Part shown: positions 56,578 through 64,000 of the stretch, piece by piece
How positions within the stretch are numbered: the stretch's first letter is position 1
Layout: each line of letters starts with the position of its first letter
Assembly (NCBI GenBank): GCA_050294405.1
Contig: JBNKOC010000012.1
Coordinates: 352,001-416,000, forward strand
DNA from: Fibrobacteria bacterium
GTDB taxonomy: Bacteria; Fibrobacterota; Fibrobacteria; UBA11236; JADFYW01
Direction: 5' to 3'
DNA length: 64,000 bases
Program-made: the position numbers and the translations under genes
The notes under the pieces: model-generated
The model's database searches: none
Seen by the model: only the letters and a program-made list of their open reading frames with translations
What the model was told of the DNA's origin: nothing

Positions 56578-57905
56578 TCCAGTTTCCGGTAAATTGTTCT
56601 CATACTAATTCCCAGAGCTTCAGCCGCCCGGCCTTTGTTGCCCTTAAATCTTTTGAGAGTATTTTTAATAACAAATCGTTCGATTTGGTCCATTGTCATG
56701 TTTTTGGAAAAGTTCATGTTAATGTTATCCGATTCTACTCCCGATAATTCCGGGGGTAAATCTTCAGGAGTGATTTGGCTTCCCCTGCATAGAATAACAG
56801 CTCTTTCCATGGCGTTTTCCAACTCCCGGATATTACCAGGCCAACCGTAATCTTGAATGAGTTGCAGCGCATCAGCAGACAAGGTTAGGTTTGCCCTTTT
56901 GTTTTTTCTGCAAAATTTTTGAATAAAAAAGGAAACCAGTGAAGTTAAGTCGTCCAGCCTTTCCCTTAAGGGAGGAACGGAGAGGGGAATAACATTAAGA
57001 CGGTAAAACAGGTCTTCCCGAAAACTGCCTTCTTCTACTTTTTTTCTTAAGTTTTGATTAGTAGCAGCCAGAATACGAACATCCACCTTTTCGGTTTTAC
57101 CGCCTACAGGATTTATCTCACGGTTTTGCAGAACCCTAAGTAACTTAGCTTGTATGGGGTGGGGAAGTTCGCCAATTTCATCTAAAAAAATGGTTCCATT
57201 ATTCGCTTCCAAAAATTTGCCTTTTGAGTCGTGGATGGCGCCTGTAAAGGCGCCTTTTTTGTATCCGAACAATTCTGATTCCAACAAGTTATCCGGAATA
57301 GCCGCGCAGTTTACTTTAATAAAGGGGCCAGTTTGTCGATTGGAATTTTCAAATATATAATCTGCTAGAATTTCTTTTCCTGTACCTGATTCACCCAGAA
57401 TCAAAATGGTGGCATCACTTTGGGCGGCTTGTTTGCCTCGTTCCAATAATTCTTTAAACTCGCGGCTTTTGCCCCAATCTACTTCTTCTTTTTTAGCCTT
57501 TTTTAATTTTTCTTTTAGCTGTTGGTTTTCCTGTACCAGTAAAACTTTTTCAAGTGCTCGCTTTGCCACAGTTACAATTTGTTGTTTTTTAAAAGGTTTG
57601 GTAATGAAATCGTAAGCCCCTTTTTTCATAGCTTGTACGGCATCTTCAATAGTGGCATGACCAGTAATAACAATGGTAGTGATTTCTGGTCGCTCTTTGT
57701 TAAGCTTAGTAATAAGCTCCATCCCACCAATATTGGGCATACGTAAATCCGTAATTACAATGGCAGGGTTTATTTGTTCTACTAATTCAAGCGCCTTTTC
57801 CCCGTCTTCTGCAGTTTCAATATCCGCTTCCAAACTATTAAGGGCTCTGGCTAAGGCATCTCGAATTCCTTTTTCATCGTCCACTATTAATATTTTATTT
57901 CTCAT
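56574..57905 (-). CDS. NtrC-family sigma54-dependent response regulator
   Basis: REC (ITDLRMP), GESGTGKE, GAFTGA, FREDLFYRLNV, WPGNIREL, Fis-type HTH. Confidence 0.95.
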   Translation of the reverse strand: MRNKILIVDDEKGIRDALARALNSLEADIETAEDGEKALELVEQINPAIVITDLRMPNIGGMELITKLNKERPEITTIVITGHATIEDAVQAMKKGAYDFITKPFKKQQIVTVAKRALEKVLLVQENQQLKEKLKKAKKEEVDWGKSREFKELLERGKQAAQSDATILILGESGTGKEILADYIFENSNRQTGPFIKVNCAAIPDNLLESELFGYKKGAFTGAIHDSKGKFLEANNGTIFLDEIGELPHPIQAKLLRVLQNREINPVGGKTEKVDVRILAATNQNLRKKVEEGSFREDLFYRLNVIPLSVPPLRERLDDLTSLVSFFIQKFCRKNKRANLTLSADALQLIQDYGWPGNIRELENAMERAVILCRGSQITPEDLPPELSGVESDNINMNFSKNMTMDQIERFVIKNTLKRFKGNKGRAAEALGISMRTIYRKLD

Positions 57906-57959
57906 TTTATTTATCCGAATGGTTACAATATGGACATTTCAAAATTTTTTAAAATTTGC

Positions 57960-57974
57960 GCAACTAGTATGCCA
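57960..57974 (-). promoter_or_regulatory. sigma54 promoter of the NtrC-family regulator
   Basis: Minus strand TGGCAT-ACTAG-TTGC; TGACAATATGTCA at 58038-58050. Confidence 0.75.
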
Positions 57975-58131
57975 GTAAAATATTCCATTTAAAACGTTGA
58001 GTTTTCTGAGGTTGGAGATTTATATTTCAGCATGATATGACAATATGTCAATAAATGGAAATTTTGTCAAAGTTTTTAAAATAGGCAGATTTGGCAGGGC
58101 TTAAAATAATATTTTAGGGTAAAATTGAATT

Positions 58132-58902
58132 ATGTCCAAAAAAAATCCACATCTTCTCTGTGTTCTAAGTTGTATTTTTGGCCCTGACTTTAATTGTGTT
58201 TATCCGGCTCCAAAGAATTATCCAGCTTACTTTTTTTGTAATAATCCGAAACTAAAAAAGGAAATTAGGAAAAAAGGGTGGAAGTACATATTTGTGGATT
58301 TTGAGCTTAGTCAGGATATTTCAGTTTCCAGTTTTCAATCAAAATTCATTAAGTTTTTGCAAATAAGAAATCGGTCTGAGGGAAATTTTTTGGGCCAATT
58401 TCAATACTCCCTTTTTGTAGATCATAAATTTTTTATTCAAGATACTCACATAGGTGAAATACTTGGAAACGCAAACAAACCCATTGTAATTAGAAGTACT
58501 CCCAGAGAAAAAACTACAATTTGGGAAGAGTATAACGAGGCAAACCTACAACTTCGTTATCAAAAATTTAAGGAACAGACTCATCAGTACATAGTTGAAA
58601 AAATAAATCATGGTTGTAGTGAAAATATTCGGATTTGTAATACAGGGCTAATTTTAGTGAATTTAAATTATCCTGAATGTTTGAAGTTAATGGATGAGGT
58701 TTATAAAGATTTAAAACTTATAGGAACTTCAGAATGCCAAATTATTTGGGCTATGGTTTCTCAAAACTTCGAATCTTTAATTAAAGTTATACCGTTCCAT
58801 AAAATTCCGATGAAATGGGAAGCTCCAAGAAAAGTTAGCTTGAAACAAAAATTTTTAAAATTAAGGAAACAGGTTTTCCTGTCTTTTAGCTCAAACAAGT
58901 AA
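58132..58902 (+). CDS. Hypothetical protein, possibly a DUF616-like glycosyltransferase
   Basis: SCIFG, YSLFVD, EE, NTGLIL and Q..W pattern resembles DUF616; AT-rich. Confidence 0.5.
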   Translation: MSKKNPHLLCVLSCIFGPDFNCVYPAPKNYPAYFFCNNPKLKKEIRKKGWKYIFVDFELSQDISVSSFQSKFIKFLQIRNRSEGNFLGQFQYSLFVDHKFFIQDTHIGEILGNANKPIVIRSTPREKTTIWEEYNEANLQLRYQKFKEQTHQYIVEKINHGCSENIRICNTGLILVNLNYPECLKLMDEVYKDLKLIGTSECQIIWAMVSQNFESLIKVIPFHKIPMKWEAPRKVSLKQKFLKLRKQVFLSFSSNK

Positions 58903-59031
58903 TGATATTTGTAAAAAAGGCAAAAATTTTTGCCAAATTTGCAATTAAATAATTTAAAAAAAGGCTGAAAAGTTTCTTTCAGCAAGCTTCAATTGTCGAT
59001 TTTAAGCTAAAAATCTTATCTGAAGTTAATT

Positions 59032-59046
59032 GGGCATAGTTTTCGC
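59032..59046 (+). promoter_or_regulatory. sigma54-like promoter upstream of the bd-like oxidase cluster
   Basis: GGGCAT-AGTTT-TCGC; TGCCAAATTTGCA at 58931 and TGTAAAAAAGGCA at 58910. Confidence 0.55.
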
Positions 59047-59120
59047 GTTTGCAAGTTTTAAACAACTATGGTGGAATTAACCCAAGTAACAAGGATTTCA
59101 TTTTCGAAAGAAAATAACAT

Positions 59121-61181
59121 ATGAGAGAATGGGCTCGTCTTAAAATTGTCTACACATGTATCTTGCTAGCTGTGGGCATTCCTGTGCTTGCAATAATAAT
59201 TAAAGGCAATCCACAATCTGAACAAAGTAAAGTGGTTCTAAAGGAACACGAAGGTGCCGCCCTGGTTCAAAAAAGTGACTGTGCCGGTTGCCATCAATTA
59301 GATGCCAAAACAGTAGGCCCTTCTTTTAAAGATATTTCTCAAAAATATACATCTGAGGATATACCCGCACTTGCCGCGAAAATAAAAAATGGAAGCAGCG
59401 GAACCTGGGGAGCTATACCCATGCCTCCCCATCCAGCGGAGACTGATCCAAATCTTGAAAAAATGGTGGGCTGGATTATCAGTTTAAATAGTCCTGAAGC
59501 CGCGGAAGCAAGTGTAGATGGGAAATCCGGGGCCACACTCAAATCGGGTTCCCATGCAGCTTACAGGAGTCTTGGTTTTGTAAACAGCAGAAACATAGTG
59601 TGGGTTATTGCACAGCTTCATTTGTTATTTGGAGCCTTTGTGCTGGCTGTTCCCATGTTTGCATTAATAATTGAATTTATAGGCTTTAAGACAAAACAGA
59701 AAAAGTTCGATAGGCTTTCCTATGAGTTTACAAAGTTATTATCGGTTTCTTTTAGCTTTACTGCTTCCTTAGGAGCTTTGCTGACATTATTGCTGATATA
59801 TCTGTATCCGCAATTGATGAACTATATGGCTTATGTTTTCGGGCCGACCTTTTTGCCCTATGTGCTCCTCTTTTTTGGCGAGGCCTTTTTCCTCTACAGC
59901 TACTACTACGGTTGGGGCAAATTCCATCCCGTAGTGCACTTGCTTTTAGGGTTGGGGTTAAACGCATCGGGGATTGGAATTTTATTTGTGGCGGATTCCT
60001 GGCTTACTTTCATGAACTCACCAAATGGAGTGACAGAAACCGGTGAACTGGTGAGTACATGGGCTGCGGTTCAAAATTTTACCTGGATGCCCATGAATAT
60101 CCACCGTACCATAGGAAACATAGCCTTTGGAGGAGCTATAGCTGGGGCTTATGGCGCCTACAGGTTTTTAGGAGCAAAAACGGAAGAAGAAAAAGCTTAT
60201 TACGACTGGATGGGATACATAGGGAATTTTATTGCCATATCCGCATTTTTGCCATTGCCTTTCGCCGGATATTGGCTGGGAAAAGAAATTTACGATTATT
60301 CTCAGAACCTTGGGATGTTTTTAATGGGTGGAGCGTTCTCTTGGTTATTTATTATCCAGGCCATTTTAATTGGGATGTTATTTGTCGCGGCTAACTATTA
60401 CCTTTGGCTGGGAATGGAAAGAATTGAAGGCGCGGACAGGTTTAAAAAACATGTTAAGTGGTTACTGTTATCCGTAATAGTGTGTTTCATTGTTTGGGCT
60501 ATTCCCCACTCCATGGTAGCCTCCATTGAAGAAGCTCAAAAAATGGGAGGAGGGCACCACCCCTTGCTTAGCGTACTGGGTGTGATGTCTGCGAAAAACA
60601 CGGCGGTAAATATATTGATATTGACCACATTTTTAAGTTTTCTATTGTATCGCCGGGGCAATAAAAAATCCCTTGCGCCCTGGGTGAATAAAGGAAACTG
60701 GGCTCAGATATTGATTTTAACAGCAACATCCTTGTATGTGATTTGGCTTGGGATTTACGGGTATTTCGTGGAAGCTGATGTGCGGATTGGTTTGTCCATA
60801 CCCCAGGTGGGCTCTGTCCTTTTGGCGATGTTTCTGGTGGTCATAATCGATATTTTCATGTTTCGCAGATCCATGTCCAAAGAAATTAACTGGGGGAAAA
60901 TGCCAAAAAGAGCCCAATATGTTCTGTTTTTTATAGCCCTTTCGTTCACTTGGATAATGGGTTTAATGGGTTATGCCAGAGCAGGAATGCGCCAGCACTG
61001 GCATGTATATGGGGTTATTGAGGATAAATCTCCCGATGCCTATACCCCAACTTTGGGTTATGCGGCTAATGTAACATCAATTACGGTTATGATATTTTTC
61101 GGATTTATTGCAGTTGTATTTTGGCTAACCAGCCTTTCTCATAAAAAAGATTACCCAAGCCATTTTGTGGACAAGAAATGA
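59121..61181 (+). CDS. Cytochrome c551-like domain fused to a cytochrome bd subunit I-like polytopic protein
   Basis: CAGCH..VGPSF..WGAIPMPP; then AQLHLLFGAFVLAVP, PMNIHR, MGYARAGMRQHWHVYG. Confidence 0.8.
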   Translation: MREWARLKIVYTCILLAVGIPVLAIIIKGNPQSEQSKVVLKEHEGAALVQKSDCAGCHQLDAKTVGPSFKDISQKYTSEDIPALAAKIKNGSSGTWGAIPMPPHPAETDPNLEKMVGWIISLNSPEAAEASVDGKSGATLKSGSHAAYRSLGFVNSRNIVWVIAQLHLLFGAFVLAVPMFALIIEFIGFKTKQKKFDRLSYEFTKLLSVSFSFTASLGALLTLLLIYLYPQLMNYMAYVFGPTFLPYVLLFFGEAFFLYSYYYGWGKFHPVVHLLLGLGLNASGIGILFVADSWLTFMNSPNGVTETGELVSTWAAVQNFTWMPMNIHRTIGNIAFGGAIAGAYGAYRFLGAKTEEEKAYYDWMGYIGNFIAISAFLPLPFAGYWLGKEIYDYSQNLGMFLMGGAFSWLFIIQAILIGMLFVAANYYLWLGMERIEGADRFKKHVKWLLLSVIVCFIVWAIPHSMVASIEEAQKMGGGHHPLLSVLGVMSAKNTAVNILILTTFLSFLLYRRGNKKSLAPWVNKGNWAQILILTATSLYVIWLGIYGYFVEADVRIGLSIPQVGSVLLAMFLVVIIDIFMFRRSMSKEINWGKMPKRAQYVLFFIALSFTWIMGLMGYARAGMRQHWHVYGVIEDKSPDAYTPTLGYAANVTSITVMIFFGFIAVVFWLTSLSHKKDYPSHFVDKK

Positions 61182-61987
61182 AAACAGCCATTAACATAAC
61201 GCTATTTTCCATACTGGTCACCTTGTTTTATACCTATGTGGGCTGGCTAGTACCTCAAAAAGAAGTGTATCCTCCTAAATCCATAGAAATTAGTAAGGAC
61301 ATGACCCAGGAAGAAATGATTGAAATTGGCGCTCAAATTGTTTCTGGAAAGGGAACCTGCCTTGCCTGTCATAAAATGGAACATGCGCCAGGAGAAAGGT
61401 TCCCAGCTTTAAATGGCATGGGCAATGTGGCGGGAACTCGCAGGGAAGGGGTATCTGCTGAAGATTATTTAGCCGAGGCCTTGTATGATCCAAGCGCCTA
61501 TATCGTAAGCGGGTTTAACCCTGGTATGCCTCCTGTCCAGAAAGCTCCCATTAATTTAACGGACGAAGAAATTCTGACAGTGATTGCCTATTTACAATCC
61601 CTTGGTGGAGAAGTCACTGTAACTATGGAAACCAAATTTTCTTATTCCGGCCAAGGTGCGTCTGCCGCAACTGCTTCAGCTCCTCCCCCCGCTCCAGTTG
61701 CGGTGGACCTCACCGGAGAAGAAATATATGCAAAATATAATTGCGCGCAATGCCACAGCATTGATGCGGATATCAGGATGGTCGGTCCCCCGTTACATAA
61801 TGCAGGGAACAAATACACGGCAAATGAATTGTATGAGGCCATATTAAATCCCGACGCAAAAATAGCTGAAAGCTATCCTCCCAACGTTATGAAAGCCACT
61901 TTGGATGGAACAGGATTTTATTCGCAGGTGAATGCAAAAAGTTTGAATAATTTAGTGGAATTTTTGATGAGCAAAAAAGGCAACTGA
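61178..61987 (+). CDS. Membrane-anchored di-heme cytochrome c
   Basis: N-terminal TM; CLACH..GMP and CAQCH..VM. Confidence 0.85.
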   Translation: MKTAINITLFSILVTLFYTYVGWLVPQKEVYPPKSIEISKDMTQEEMIEIGAQIVSGKGTCLACHKMEHAPGERFPALNGMGNVAGTRREGVSAEDYLAEALYDPSAYIVSGFNPGMPPVQKAPINLTDEEILTVIAYLQSLGGEVTVTMETKFSYSGQGASAATASAPPPAPVAVDLTGEEIYAKYNCAQCHSIDADIRMVGPPLHNAGNKYTANELYEAILNPDAKIAESYPPNVMKATLDGTGFYSQVNAKSLNNLVEFLMSKKGN

Positions 61988-62799
61988 TGAATTATTGGCT
62001 GGTTGGAATTGTATTAGCGGTAATGGTGGCCCTTAGGTTTGTAAAACTAAATGTTTTAGCCTGGATGGCGGTTTGGTTAATAGGCTGTTATGTAGTGCTT
62101 AAATGGGGTATTTCTCCTCCAATTCCATCATCCATAGTTGCCATGTGTATGGCCATTGTGGCGGTGGGATTGGTTGCCTATGCCACTTCAAGCACTGATA
62201 AGTATCAAGTTGCCGTATCTGGAATATTAAATTTCTTAAGTTTAAAAAAATACACCGGAGCTCTTATAATTGTAGCTTTGTTAATACCTATGTTATTAGG
62301 GGTTAAATACTTTTTTGACCAATCCAAAGAAGCCCAGCCTCCGGTATTTGGAAGAACCGTGCATCCTGCTCCCCCGGCAACTATTAATTTTAAGGGAAAA
62401 ACCATAGATTTAATAGATGGCCACAATCCATATAGGGAATTGGAAACAACAAATCCCGAAGAATACAAAACTCATATCGCTAATGGCCGCAAAGTGTATT
62501 ACCAAAATTGTGTCTTTTGCCATGGCGATAACATGGAGGGGAAGGGGATTTTTGCTCATGGCTACAATCCTAAACCCACTAATTTCGCAGATCCAACAAC
62601 GATTGCTATGTTAACAGAAACTTTTCTTTTCTGGCGAATTGCAAAGGGAGCGCCGGGTTTGCCCGAGGAGTCCGGTCCCTGGGAATCTGCCATGCCAGCC
62701 TGGGAACTCTTTCTATCGGAAGACGATATTTGGGATGTTACTATGTTTTTGTATGAGTTTACCAATCAAAAACCCAGGGTAAAGGGGCACGCAAAATGA
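61987..62799 (+). CDS. Membrane protein with C-terminal monoheme cytochrome c
   Basis: About four TM helices; RTVHPAPP; CVFCHG..FWRIAKG.PGLP..PW.SAMPAW. Confidence 0.85.
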   Translation: MNYWLVGIVLAVMVALRFVKLNVLAWMAVWLIGCYVVLKWGISPPIPSSIVAMCMAIVAVGLVAYATSSTDKYQVAVSGILNFLSLKKYTGALIIVALLIPMLLGVKYFFDQSKEAQPPVFGRTVHPAPPATINFKGKTIDLIDGHNPYRELETTNPEEYKTHIANGRKVYYQNCVFCHGDNMEGKGIFAHGYNPKPTNFADPTTIAMLTETFLFWRIAKGAPGLPEESGPWESAMPAWELFLSEDDIWDVTMFLYEFTNQKPRVKGHAK

Positions 62800-64000
62800 A
62801 AAGAATTGCATGTATCTTTGTCTTAGGTTTATCGGCACTTGCAGCTTGGGCTGCTAAAATTGATGTGGGCAGCGAAGCTCAAATAGAAGAAGGAAAAAAA
62901 TTATACAACCAAAAATGCGCCCAATGCCATGGCTACGAGGGAGATGCCCAGGCTGTGGGCCGTCTTGTGTTCAGACCCGTGCCCAGAGACTTTACCATTG
63001 GAACATATAAAATCAGAACGACTCCGGCAGGGGAGCTTCCTGCTACCCAGGATATATTTAAAATGATTCGGGAGGGAATGCCATATACAGGTATGCCAGC
63101 CTGGCCTCAGTTTACAGATGAACAAATATACAATCTTGTATATTACATTAAATCTTTTCAAAGCGATTTTGCAGACCCTGATTATGCCGCAGATCCAATC
63201 CAAATTCCTAACCCCCCCGAGTTTAGTCGGGAGTCTGCAAAGTTAGGGAAAAAAGTATTTGAAGATAACAACTGTATGGATTGTCACGGTTTGAGCGGTC
63301 GTGGTGATGGGCCTTCCGCGCCTACTTTAAAAGACGATTATGGATTTCCCATTCGTCCTGCGGATTTAACAAAGGGTTGGACATTTAGAGGCGGAGGCGA
63401 TAGGGAAGATATATATAGAACGGTTATGAATGGATTGGACGGAACTCCAATGCCATCTTTTGTGGATGGATTGCCCGATGAGAAAACCAGGTGGGCTTTG
63501 GTGGATTATGTGTATTCTCTTTCTGAGCGGGAGCCAAATTATTCCAATGCGCTCACAGCGATGGGCAGTCCAAATGCATTTCCTGAAAAACTGGATTTGG
63601 AATTTTTTGAAAAATTTCCCAAAGCCCATTTTCCCATAGTGGGTCAAATAATGGAGCCTGGCCGGGCTTTTTTCCCAGCTAATGTTAGTGTGGAGCTTAA
63701 GGCCGTTCACAACGAAAGCGAATTGGCTGTATTAGTGAGTTGGAATGATATAAGCCCCAATACGGAGGGCAAAAATTCTCCTATGCTTAAAGTCCCTCCT
63801 TTTGATTTCGAAAATGAGGAAGTTTTAAAATACAAAGACGATGGAGGCAAAGAATTCAGTGACGCTGTGGCCTTACAGTTTCCGTCTCAGGCCCCAGCGG
63901 GACATGCGATTCCCTATTTCTTATGGGGAGATAAAAAAATGGGCGTGGATTTATACCACGTGGATCTCGGCCAGAATAAAAATAGTTTGTTCAGCGCGAA
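62796..64000 (+). CDS. Di-heme cytochrome c with a downstream ethylbenzene-dehydrogenase-gamma-like domain (partial, runs off the window; not in the ORF track)
   Basis: ATG at 62796 overlapping the upstream stop; signal peptide; CAQCH..PRDFT..GMPAW; CMDCH..GTPMPSF; SWND..SDAVALQFP. Confidence 0.8.
   Translation, partial: MKRIACIFVLGLSALAAWAAKIDVGSEAQIEEGKKLYNQKCAQCHGYEGDAQAVGRLVFRPVPRDFTIGTYKIRTTPAGELPATQDIFKMIREGMPYTGMPAWPQFTDEQIYNLVYYIKSFQSDFADPDYAADPIQIPNPPEFSRESAKLGKKVFEDNNCMDCHGLSGRGDGPSAPTLKDDYGFPIRPADLTKGWTFRGGGDREDIYRTVMNGLDGTPMPSFVDGLPDEKTRWALVDYVYSLSEREPNYSNALTAMGSPNAFPEKLDLEFFEKFPKAHFPIVGQIMEPGRAFFPANVSVELKAVHNESELAVLVSWNDISPNTEGKNSPMLKVPPFDFENEEVLKYKDDGGKEFSDAVALQFPSQAPAGHAIPYFLWGDKKMGVDLYHVDLGQNKNSLFSA

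Noticed and set aside
58132..58902. AT-rich glycosyltransferase-like gene as a mobile insertion
   Set aside because: No flanking repeats, integrase or transposase are visible; base composition alone is insufficient.
59121..61181. Calling this gene cydA, or calling the organism a nitrite oxidiser
   Set aside because: It has no adjacent cydB, its motifs are altered, and no nitrite oxidoreductase catalytic subunit lies within the window.

Overview
This is a gene-dense bacterial chromosomal region, moderately AT-rich and diderm (it encodes TonB and beta-barrel proteins). I saw no rRNA, tRNA, CRISPR or transposase. Seven modules are recognisable. (1) A phosphate-starvation island at 2.1-25.5 kb: phoB-phoR, an OlsB-like acyltransferase, a TPR protein, a TonB-dependent receptor, a 1489-aa lipoprotein with four ~360-aa repeats, a second orphan OmpR-type regulator, a DUF3450/ExbB/ExbB/ExbD/TonB energiser, a porin and pstSCAB-phoU. 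Two classes of 11-bp-period boxes mark its promoters. (2) A NorR-controlled NO/nitrite operon: di-heme norC, norB, norQ, norD, nirK, nirV-like and sco, followed by a FixL-like heme-PAS hybrid kinase. (3) An ArsR (BigR/SqrR-like) persulfide-response operon with a clear palindromic operator. (4) An MNIO (DUF692/DUF2063) RiPP-type cluster with two Cys-rich lipoprotein precursors and an outer-membrane barrel. (5) Paralogous sensor kinases and a NifX-like protein. (6) A five-gene glycogen operon that appears to encode both halves of a eukaryote-type debranching enzyme as separate genes. (7) An NtrC-family activator and a cytochrome c-fused 'bd-like' oxidase cluster that runs off the window end. Eight sigma54-like promoters, each preceded by a TGNCA-N3-TGNCA element, suggest a shared regulon across several of these modules. 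All calls come from motif recognition by eye; no database searches were run.
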